DNA of 64,000 nt, from the NCBI GenBank assembly GCA_013416795.1, contig RQSC01001302.1:114217-178216 (forward strand), written 5' to 3'. Shown in pieces: positions 11,706-20,609 of this stretch. Positions within the stretch are counted from its first letter, which is position 1, and every line of letters starts with the position of its first letter. Both the position numbers and the translations under genes were made by a program. The DNA is from Prasinococcaceae sp. CCMP 1430 (taxonomy: Eukaryota > Plantae > Prasinodermophyta). The notes under the pieces were generated by a model. It did no database searches. It worked only from the letters and a program-made list of their open reading frames with translations, and had not been told where the DNA came from.

Positions 11706-13175
11706 TCATTGAGACGCAACCGTCGCGACCACCTTGCCCGCGGTGGCGCCGCTCAGCATGTGCTCGACGGCGCGGGGTATCGCCTCCAGCCCCACGAAGG
11801 CGTCCCCCCCTTCGGTCACGACTTCGATCTCGCCAGCCGCATGCAGCGCGAAGACCTCTTCACGCGCCGCCCTGCGCGCGCGCGCTGGGTCAGCCTCTAC
11901 ATTTGTGTTGGCGACGCACGCGCGCATGGAGGGCCAGTGTGCGAGCACGCGGGAGCGGCCCATGTCCCCAGAGCACCCACCTGACCAGCTGCCTATCCTT
12001 TGGCCACACGTTCCCACGTATGCGTTGCTCGCCGCGGAGCTCCTCTTCGCCGCTCCAGAACAGCCTCTCAGCGAGGTCGCCGTGCGCATGCGGCAGTGGC
12101 TCGCTGTTGTGGGGGTACTCCGATATGTAGCCGACGATGAGCAGCCTGCCGGCGGGCGCGAGCGATCCCAGAGCCGCATCGAGCACTGGCCCGCCAACAT
12201 GCTCGAGCACGAGGTCGTACGGCCCCTCGCGCGCGAGCGTGGCGGCGAGGTCTGATTCGGCGGTGTGGTCAATGACAACACGTCCGGCCATAGAGGCGGC
12301 ACAGTTGCCTGAGGCGGTACCGGCGGCGGCGGCGGCGGCGGCAAGACGCTCGGCGAGCGCAGCTTTTTGTACGCCACCGGCCACAGCGACGACGTCACAG
12401 CCGGCGCGCGCCGCGAGCTGCGTGGCCAGGTGCCCAGCGCCACCGGCGGCGGCGGTAATGAGCACTCGCTCACCCTGCAAGCGCGCATACACAAACCAGT
12501 CAGAGCGAACGCTCGCACGCTTGCTATTGCACGCTTGCGGGCACGCGCTCAAGCGCGCGTGCGCACCGCAACAGCTCCGCCCGTGGCCCCCACTGCCACC
12601 GCGGCGGTCGTGCCAGATATGATGAGCGCGGCCGCCTCCGGCGTGGGATCTCCCGCAATGCGCTGGCAGAGTGCAGCGGGCACAGTGGTGTACTCGGCAA
12701 AGGCGCCGCCAACGAAGGCTACCGAGTCCCCGGGCGCAAACGTCTCAGCATCTATGCCCTCACCGACGGCCACCACTTCGCCAGAACCCTCGGCACCGAG
12801 CGCGAAGCCCTCAGCGCCTGCATTCACATTGGGTGCGAACCAGTGCTCGCCGCGGGCGCGGAAGGTCTCGCATCCGCCGTTAATCCCGGCGTAGCAAACA
12901 CGCACAGCGACCTCACCGGGACCAGGGGCACGCGGTGCGTACTCGACCACTCGGGCGACCCCCGCGAGCGACTCGCCCACGCGCGGCGCGACCAGCCTGC
13001 GCGCTGTGTCGGGCAAGGCTGGGGCGCGCGTGGCGCTAGCTGCCGGCGCGCGCGCTGCACAACACCCACCCCCTCACTCCGTGCGCCCGGCCCGGCGGCG
13101 GCCCTCGCGTGACCTCGACCAGTGCGGCCCTTGCCGCGCGGGGCCGCAGCCGCGGGGCTACGGGGGGTTCATGCA
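11706..13175 (-). CDS. MDR-superfamily NADPH quinone/alkenal oxidoreductase (PTGR3/ZADH2-like), multi-exon; start uncertain
   Basis: PGPGEVAVRVCYAGING, LGAEGSGEVVAVGEG, VLITAAAGGAGHLATQLA, DLVLEHVGG, LAPAGRLLIVGYISEY, AVEHMLSG...GKVV. Confidence 0.88.
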
Positions 13176-13430
13176 TTGCGCTGTGGCGCCGCCGCAGCGC
13201 CACGCCCAACTGGTGCTTCTTACGCGGGGCGGGCGCGGAAGGAGCAACTGCGCACGCACGAGCTGCTGCGCCGCAGCAGTACATCGGCGCAGCGGCGGTT
13301 GCATCGCCACAGCACGCGGGCTGCGGGGCACGCACCTGGGCGCCCGGGGGGGGGGGGGGGGGCNGGGGGCGGGCACGCACGTAGGAGGGTGGGTGCGTGC
13401 GGGGGGAGGAAGGGGCGGGAAAGGGGCGCA

Positions 13431-15026
13431 ATGTTGCGCGGGTGCGCGCGCTCAGTCGCTGCCGCGGCCGCGCGTGGCCGGCGCGCATGCGCGGCGGAGG
13501 TGAGTGGGAGCAGCCCTGGCGGCGCGGCAAGTACGGGCGCGGGCTCGCCCCCTGGTGGCAGCAGCGCCCGCGGAGGTGGAGGGGACAGACGAGAAGAAAG
13601 AGTGGACGGTGCCTATGTGGAGTACGCAGGTTCGACTGGTGGCGGCGGTGACACGGAGGTCGATGTTGCCGTCGTGGGCGGGGGGTTGGTGGGAGCAGCG
13701 CTAGCGCTCGCGCTCTCACGCCAGCCGCTCTCGCGCCAGCTGCGCATTGCCATCGTCGACCGCGCGCCGCCGCCGCCGCCGCTGCCGCCGCCGCGGGTCA
13801 AGAGTGAGGATGGTGAATGGCCCGCGCCCTCGGCGCGCGTGTCCGCGGTGACGCCGTCGAGCGGGAGGTTCCTCGAGCGGCTAGGCGTCTGGGGTGTGGG
13901 CGCGCATGCGCCGCCCGCCGCGCCCTACGAGCACATGCAGGTGTGGGATGCGTGCGGCGGCGGAGCGGTGCGCTTCCACGCGGCCGACGCAGCGCTGCCG
14001 GCGCTCGGCGCAGTCGTCGAGAACGGCGCGCTCCTCGCCGGGATGCACGCGGCGCTGCGAGAGAAGGGGTTGGTGGAGAACCTGCCGCCTGCAGGCGTTG
14101 AGGCGATCGAGCTACCGGCGGGCTCGGATGCAGGCGGCGCCGTCGCGAGCGCGCGCGCCGCACTCTCGCTGTCCGACGGCACGTGCGTACGTGCCAGGCT
14201 CGTGGTTGGCGCCGATGGCCCGACGAGCCGCGTGCGATCCCTCGCGGGGATCAACACCTCGGATTGGGACTACAGTCAGAAGGGTGTGGTGGCCACCGTG
14301 AGGATGGAGGGGTACGAGAGCGCCGCGCGAACCGAGGACACCGCGTGGCAGCGCTTCCTGCCCACGGGCCCGCTGGCGCTGCTTCCCGTCTCGCCACCGG
14401 GCTACTGCAACATAGTGTGGTCGACCACGTCGGAGCACGCCGAGAGGCTGCTCGCGCTCTCGGACGCGGCATTTGCAGACGCGGTCAACGACGCGCTGCA
14501 CGGCGAGGCGGCCGTGCCCAGGGGCGTGCTGCCGCGACTGCTGCCGTCGGGCGATGGGGCGCTGCCGCCACCGCGAGCGATCGAGGCGGTGGGCCGGCGC
14601 GGCGCATTTCCACTGACCATGCGCAATGCGCAGCGGTACGTGGGCAGGCGGCTGGCACTCGCAGGCGATGCCGCGCACGTCGTGCACCCACTGGCCGGAC
14701 AGGGTGTCAACCTGGGCTTCGCTGACGCTGCGGCGCTGGCGGCGTGCATCGAGCGTGGCTTGCGAGCTGGCCTCGACGTCGGCGACCTCGTGCTCCTGCG
14801 TGAGTACGAAACGGAGCGCGGGCGCGCTGCGATGGCCGCGATTGCCGCGCTGCACGGACTGCACACGGCTTTCGGCGTACAGAGCGGTGCGGCGGGCGCG
14901 GTGCGCGCCGCAGGCATGGGTGTGATCAACGCGCTGCCACCTGTTCGACGCGCCGTCGTTGAGACCGCCGCAGGTCACGGTCCGCTCAGCTGGGCAAACG
15001 CGGACGCAATCTCTGCGGTTATGTAA
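13431..15026 (+). CDS. COQ6: Ubiquinone biosynthesis FAD monooxygenase (UbiH/COQ6), mitochondrial
   Basis: DVAVVGGGLVG, RVSAVTP, MQVWDA, LVVGADG..SRVR, WDYSQKGVVAT, AWQRFLPTGPLALLP, LAGDAAHVVHPLAGQGVNLGFAD. The N-terminus is Arg/Ala-rich, like a presequence. Confidence 0.93.
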   Translation: MLRGCARSVAAAAARGRRACAAEVSGSSPGGAASTGAGSPPGGSSARGGGGDRREERVDGAYVEYAGSTGGGGDTEVDVAVVGGGLVGAALALALSRQPLSRQLRIAIVDRAPPPPPLPPPRVKSEDGEWPAPSARVSAVTPSSGRFLERLGVWGVGAHAPPAAPYEHMQVWDACGGGAVRFHAADAALPALGAVVENGALLAGMHAALREKGLVENLPPAGVEAIELPAGSDAGGAVASARAALSLSDGTCVRARLVVGADGPTSRVRSLAGINTSDWDYSQKGVVATVRMEGYESAARTEDTAWQRFLPTGPLALLPVSPPGYCNIVWSTTSEHAERLLALSDAAFADAVNDALHGEAAVPRGVLPRLLPSGDGALPPPRAIEAVGRRGAFPLTMRNAQRYVGRRLALAGDAAHVVHPLAGQGVNLGFADAAALAACIERGLRAGLDVGDLVLLREYETERGRAAMAAIAALHGLHTAFGVQSGAAGAVRAAGMGVINALPPVRRAVVETAAGHGPLSWANADAISAVM

Positions 15027-15033
15027 GCTCTCT

Positions 15034-16275
15034 TTACCACTGCTGCCAGGGCGCCAGGGCGCCCAGGTCGATGTAGAGTGTCTCGCCTTGCACGTGAGCG
15101 TTCGCGAAGGCCTTCAAACCGTGGAAGTGCGTGTCGCTGTTGATCAGGGCCTCCAGCTTGGAGAGATCCGCCGCGCCTCCTTTGAGATGCCGTGGCGTGA
15201 TCTGCACCTGCAGCCTGCGCTTGCAGTCGTAGCACATGATGCAGGCACCCTCAGCGGGCTCGCCCGCTGGGGTGATGAGCGGGTATCTGGTTGGATTCTC
15301 GCTGCTTCCTGCGAACGGCAGCTGCAGTTTGACGATGAACTTCTTCCGTGCCGCAGTGCCCGCAGCCTCAGCGGACGCGGACGTAGGAGTGGCTGACGCT
15401 GCGCGCATTGAGAGGTAAACCTCAAGGTACTGCCCCGCCGTCGCACCTCCACTGGATGCGGGGGCGACGGCGTCGCAGCCGGCCCTGACATATTTGTGCC
15501 CGATATGCGCCGCGGCAGCTTCGCCCGCCGCGTCGAGCGGCACCAGGAAGGACACAGCGAGTGCGCCCTCGCAGGTGCGTCCTCCCTCCCCGGCTCGCCT
15601 GTCACGCACGTAGGGCGCGTCCAGCCGCGCCCCATTGACGCGCAACACTCTCTCGAGGACATTGATTTCCAAAATCGTTGCTCGAAGCTGAGGCAGTCCA
15701 GCCGGGTTCTCTTCGATGAAGCGCGTGACGACGGCGCGTACGGCGGCCTCAGTGGCCGAATCGGCTTGCACCGCCTTGCGTGTGTTGCGCATCCACTGCA
15801 CCTCGAGCAAAGGCGAGCCATCAGGCAGCTGGCGTACGCCACATATTTCAATGGCGAGAGCGACTGTGTGCTCGCCATCCTCGACGAGGGCCGCTCTCCG
15901 TTGACGGCCGGCGTCATCGCACTCCTCCAGCATCAAATCGGCGCCTAGGGCGTGGCCCGACCAGCCCTGCGCCATCGTGGCCATTGTCATCCGCACGTCG
16001 AAGTATGTCTGTCGCCATGCGTGCTCAGGCGCGTCGAGATCGACGCCGGCCGGCGCACTCACCTCGCCTCGCTCCCTCTCGAGCGCGCTCAGCGAGCGCA
16101 TCGCCCATGCACGAGGCAGCGGCTGCTCGGCCGGCCAAACCGGCAGCGTCGATGGGTCAAGCGTACCCTCGGGCAACGACGCCCCTTCCCCGGCGCCGAC
16201 ACGAGAGCCGATGGGCGCGGCCTCTTCGCCATCGCAGCCACCCCCGCCGCCATCGCGCGCCTCGTTCCCGCACAT
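15034..16275 (-). CDS. Conserved hypothetical protein; C-terminus resembles the domain that follows MYND fingers in fungal/protist proteins
   Basis: Long acidic, coding-biased ORF. C-terminal pattern FIVKLQ...CYDCKRRL..I...G.KAF.A....LYI...LAPWQQW. Confidence 0.6.
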   Translation of the reverse strand: MCGNEARDGGGGGCDGEEAAPIGSRVGAGEGASLPEGTLDPSTLPVWPAEQPLPRAWAMRSLSALERERGEVSAPAGVDLDAPEHAWRQTYFDVRMTMATMAQGWSGHALGADLMLEECDDAGRQRRAALVEDGEHTVALAIEICGVRQLPDGSPLLEVQWMRNTRKAVQADSATEAAVRAVVTRFIEENPAGLPQLRATILEINVLERVLRVNGARLDAPYVRDRRAGEGGRTCEGALAVSFLVPLDAAGEAAAAHIGHKYVRAGCDAVAPASSGGATAGQYLEVYLSMRAASATPTSASAEAAGTAARKKFIVKLQLPFAGSSENPTRYPLITPAGEPAEGACIMCYDCKRRLQVQITPRHLKGGAADLSKLEALINSDTHFHGLKAFANAHVQGETLYIDLGALAPWQQW

Positions 16276-16459
16276 CAAGCACGCTCGCCGTCCCCGGGCC
16301 CTGCCAGTGCGCCCCGCGCACCGCGTATGGCGCGAACGGGCACTGCGCACCCACACGCACACAGTGAGGGAGTTGCGAGGCCACCACTCGGCGCCACACG
16401 CCGTGCGCGGAGGGCTTCACCCCCCCCGCCCAGCCGCTCCTGCCCAAGTACAGCGTGCG

Positions 16460-18115
16460 ATGGGCGCTTCGCGCAAGCGCCCGCTCGAAGCAAGCGAAGG
16501 CGGCGACAGGGGCGCTGCCGGCGGCGGCGGCGGCAGCCATGCAAGCAGGGTGGCGGCAGCCGCGGGTGCTTCGCGGCGGCCGCGGCACGGCCCAGCTGCG
16601 CCAAGAGGGTACCGTCCGACTGCAGGGCCACTGCACGTGACGACGTCTGCGAAGTCCGTCGAGCCCGCGCAGTCCGTTGCGCGCACCATCACCTCGTCGA
16701 AGGCCATGTTCACGCCCGCCGCCACCACCGCTACCGGTGCGCCCCCTGCACGCAGAGCGTGGGTGCCGCGGGCCGTGCGCGTGCCCGGCGCGCTTACGCC
16801 AGCGGTTGCAGCCACCGTGGAGGCTGCACGCTACGTGGCTTTGGAGAAGCTGCGCGGCGTCTTCGCAGAAGCATGCGCGTCGGCAGGGTGCTCCGCGGAG
16901 CCGCTGCTCGCTTTCGAGCGCTGGCGGTGGAGTTGCAAGGCCGCGGAGGAGGCGCGACGAGCCACGATTGCCGCAGCGGCTGCAGCGGCGGCGCGCTTGC
17001 TGTCGAAGAACGCCCGGAAGCGGGCGCGCGCCAAGGCAGCCAAGGCAGCACGCACCGACCCACTCCTCCCGGCCGGCGAAGACGAGGAGACTCACGAGCA
17101 GAATCTCGTCGCGGACCTGCTGAGAGCTGGAGCTGCCGCAGATGGCGCGCGTGCCGCCGCTGCGCAGCTCGCCCGTGCTTCCAAGGCCGCGGCGGCGCAG
17201 GTCGCCGAGCTCGAGCGGCAGCTTCAGGACGGTACTGCGCCAGTTGCCAAGGTCAGGGTTGAGTGGCACAGGCACTCGGTGGACCTGAGCGTGGTGGGCC
17301 GAAAGCTGCGCGTGACGCTGCTACGAGAGGCGTACGCCCGCCTCTTGGCGATGCACGCAAGGGCATCGCCCGACGAGGCCGCCGCGGATGAGTCTGTCGT
17401 GGACGAGGCAGGCGCGACCTTGAGCGAGCCAGATGAGAAGAAGGAGCGCACCGCGCTACACTGCCGACTAATAGCGCTGCTCCTACGATACAAGGCCATT
17501 CGTGGGCATGGGTTCCAAGCGGCGGTGGGCCCACATGCGATGGACCTCTTGCTCTCGGAGTGCTCGGTGGGCATTGAGATGTTCGCGAGCCCGCTCAACG
17601 CGCGTCTGCCAGCCTTCTGCAGCGCCTTCACCGATGTCGATGCTCCTTTCGGCTCATGTGGCAGCGCCTTCGCGCTGAACCCCGAGGATGCTCCTAAGGG
17701 CGAGGCAATCGGCATCGAGGTCAACCCCCCCTTCGTTGTTGACATCCTCGACAGGGCCGCGGAGCGGGTGGGGAAGATGCTCGAGGCCGCTGTGCGGCAC
17801 GAGCGCAGCCTGACGATGGTGGCGTTCTATCCCGGCTGGACTGATTGCGCGGGCTGGCAGGCGCTCAGCCGCTCGCCGCACTTGTGTCTCTCGGTGCTCA
17901 TCGCCGCCGCCGACCACGGCTACTGCGACGGGGCGGCCTTCCAGCGCAGGGACCCGTTCCGCGCTTCGCCGTACGACACGACTGTCTTTTTCCTGCAGAG
18001 CCCTCGCGCGGCGCGCGACAGTCCGCTACCGGAGGGCCTCGAGGCGCGGCTGCGCGCTGCCATGGCCGAGGCGCGCCCAACGGTCGCGGCCGCCGCCAGG
18101 CAGGCTGGCAAGTGA
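16460..18115 (+). CDS. PCIF1: PCIF1/CAPAM-family mRNA cap-adjacent N6-adenosine methyltransferase
   Basis: LLLRYKAI.GHGFQAA, EMFASPLN, FCSAFTDVDAPFGS.GSAF, catalytic NPPF (EVNPPFV), HGYCDGAAF. Confidence 0.88.
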   Translation: MGASRKRPLEASEGGDRGAAGGGGGSHASRVAAAAGASRRPRHGPAAPRGYRPTAGPLHVTTSAKSVEPAQSVARTITSSKAMFTPAATTATGAPPARRAWVPRAVRVPGALTPAVAATVEAARYVALEKLRGVFAEACASAGCSAEPLLAFERWRWSCKAAEEARRATIAAAAAAAARLLSKNARKRARAKAAKAARTDPLLPAGEDEETHEQNLVADLLRAGAAADGARAAAAQLARASKAAAAQVAELERQLQDGTAPVAKVRVEWHRHSVDLSVVGRKLRVTLLREAYARLLAMHARASPDEAAADESVVDEAGATLSEPDEKKERTALHCRLIALLLRYKAIRGHGFQAAVGPHAMDLLLSECSVGIEMFASPLNARLPAFCSAFTDVDAPFGSCGSAFALNPEDAPKGEAIGIEVNPPFVVDILDRAAERVGKMLEAAVRHERSLTMVAFYPGWTDCAGWQALSRSPHLCLSVLIAAADHGYCDGAAFQRRDPFRASPYDTTVFFLQSPRAARDSPLPEGLEARLRAAMAEARPTVAAAARQAGK

Positions 18116-18324
18116 GTGAGCCACTTGCGATGCGGATACAGCCTTGGTGGGACCACGGGGGTGTGTTTTGGGGGGGGGGGGCGGGCGGGAGCGCTCGATG
18201 TAACTTTGCAATCCGTACCACGGCGCGTCGGCCGCGCACTGTCAACAGTATCGCAGGTATCTTACGCACAGCCCACTCCGCGCCCTTGCTCCAGCGCTTG
18301 CGCCATGGCGCCGACGCGCACGAG

Positions 18325-19020
18325 TCACTCGCCGATGGTCTCCGCTCCGCCGCGCCAGAGCATGACGGACAGCCGGTCGACAGCGAAGAAGATAAACACT
18401 GAGAGGAGGGCAGCGCACGCGTGGGTCAGACCATTCTGCAGCTCATGCCACGCGCGGGAGCGACATGTGGCGTGGAGTCCCAGCCGAACGCACTGTCTTT
18501 CTCGTGGCTGACGACCGAGCCGAACGAGGTGCCGACCACGACGTGCCACTTCCCGCCACCGTAGAGACTGTCAAAGGCATGCTTTATGTGCAGGGCGATT
18601 TCACGGTCGTTCTGGTGTGCCATCCCCCCCCACACGGCAGCCTTCACGAGCACGGACGAGCGAGCGCCCCCAAATGCAAGTCAGCACCGCCACATGGACG
18701 CTACACACAACCACGTACGACCCCCCCACACGCACCTGCACTGCGTCTTTGACCATCTCTTCCTTCATGTGGCACGTCTTCATGCGCACGCGTGGCAAGC
18801 TACCTCCGTGCGCTGCATCAACGATGACCGCGCCCGGCCAAGCAGCAGGCATGGCATGGATCGGCGGGGGGCCCTCCTCAAATGCCGCTTTTGCCGCGTC
18901 GAGGGCGATGCGCTCGATGTCGGCGCCCTCGCCCGCCGCATCGTGGTCGGCGAGCTCCGCATCCATCGCCGCGGCGTTCACCACTGCCTGAGCACGCGCG
19001 GTGTCGAGTGGCTCGCTCAT
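18325..19020 (-). CDS. Dynein light chain type 1 (LC8) family with N-terminal extension, multi-exon
   Basis: MKEEMVKDAV, DREIALHIKHAFDSLYGGGKWHVVVGTSFGSVVSHE, IFFAVDRLSVMLWR. Confidence 0.85.
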
Positions 19021-19243
19021 GGTCGGTCTCTGGCGCCTTCTTGGCTCTCGGCCCACAGTGCAGACTCGCGCAGGCTGCGCGGTGCCGGCGCATGAGTGGC
19101 GTCGTTCTGGCTGTGCTGCTGCCCATTGCTGATACTTTTCCCGTCTGCGTTTCTTCTGCATGCGGTCGGGCGCTCATGCGCGGGGCAGCACAAGGTCGCC
19201 CGGCGCGCGGGTGGCAGGTGGGGGGGGGCGCCCCGCCGCCGCG

Positions 19244-20137
19244 ATGCCGTCGGCATGGATCGAGTTGTGCATGGGCGACGCGGCCACGCACGCCGAGGCT
19301 GCGGCGGCATACGAGAGGCTGGCCGAATACGTCGCGGCGTCGCATGCGGCGCTCGGCCTGCCGTCGGCCGATCTCGGCGAACTCGACGAAGAGCAGCTGG
19401 CGCTCGCTGCGGAGATGTACGAGTCGGACCCGGCTGCCACCGTCAAGGGAGCGTGCAGCATGGTAAAGCCCGAGCCGCTCGCGCTGGGCAGGCTCGTCGT
19501 GTCGCTCGACGACAAGGCTGCGCCTAAAGCATGCGCGAACTTCCTCGCGCTATGTGAAGGCGGCAGCAAAGGCAAGGCGAGTGGCAAGCAGCTCCACTAC
19601 AAAGGAGTGCCTTGCCACCGCATTGTCAAAGGCTTCGTGTGCCAGGGCGGCGACGTCGTTAACGGCGACGGCAGTGGCGGCGATAGTATTTACGGGAAGA
19701 AGTTCAACGACGAGAAGGTTCGGCTGTGCGCGCGTTTGTGCGGGTTTGTGCACTGACGTGTGGCTGGACGCCGGCATCCACGCTAACGGCACGCGTGAGC
19801 CGATGAACCTTACCTTACCCGTGTCCACGTCCCTCTTCCTCTCCGCTCCCTCTCGGCTGCTCCCCCCCCCCCTTCCCCCGACAAGCCTGCGATGAAGAAG
19901 AAGCACGATCGGGCGGGCCTCGTCGGTTGTGCCAATTCGGGCAAGAACACGAACTCATCAGGATTCTATGTCACCCTCGCCCCGTCTCCGCAATGCGACG
20001 GCAAGCACGTGGTCTTCGGAGAAGTCACTGAGGGCCTCGATGTGCTCGAGCGCATAGACGCCGAAGCCGCTAGCGAAAGTGGCGAACCAAGAGTGCCCGT
20101 TTTTATCGGCGACTGTGGGGTGATCAGCGCCAAGTAG
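19244..20137 (+). CDS. Cyclophilin-type PPIase with N-terminal helical extension, one intron
   Basis: APKACANFLALC.G, LHYKG..HRIVKGFVCQGGD, GGDSIYGKKFNDE, ANSGKNTN, DGKHVVFGEV. Confidence 0.93.
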
Positions 20138-20609
20138 GACCTCCTCGCGCGCACGCACGGTCGCACGGCGAGGGAGGGGAGCCCCTTCCGCGCACGTCGC
20201 CAAGCGCTTAATATAATCCATGCATGCGCAGCGGACGCACTCGCCTACCCCGCACGCGCGCATGCGTCGAGGCCTGTGGGGGCGGCTGTGCGCGCTCGAT
20301 GCCGCCGAGTTTGGATTGGTTTGTTATTGTACGTGGTAGCTATGGGTTTCGAGCGGCGTGGCTGTGTGCCGCGCGATGTCATTAGTCGCTCAATCTCGCG
20401 GGGCCAGAGCACCCGCAAAGGCACCCCTCGCAGCGTGCGTCCGAATCGAGGAACGCGCACACATGCGCCCCATGCGCCTGCGGAATCGCCCGCACGTCCG
20501 TCCTGCGGAGTTCCATTAGGTCGAGTCCCGCCCGGTGCGTGCCTCCATGACGCTGCCGCGAGCGCAATTGATTTGTCTTCCCAGACCCTGAAGATGGGGC
20601 TTGAATACC

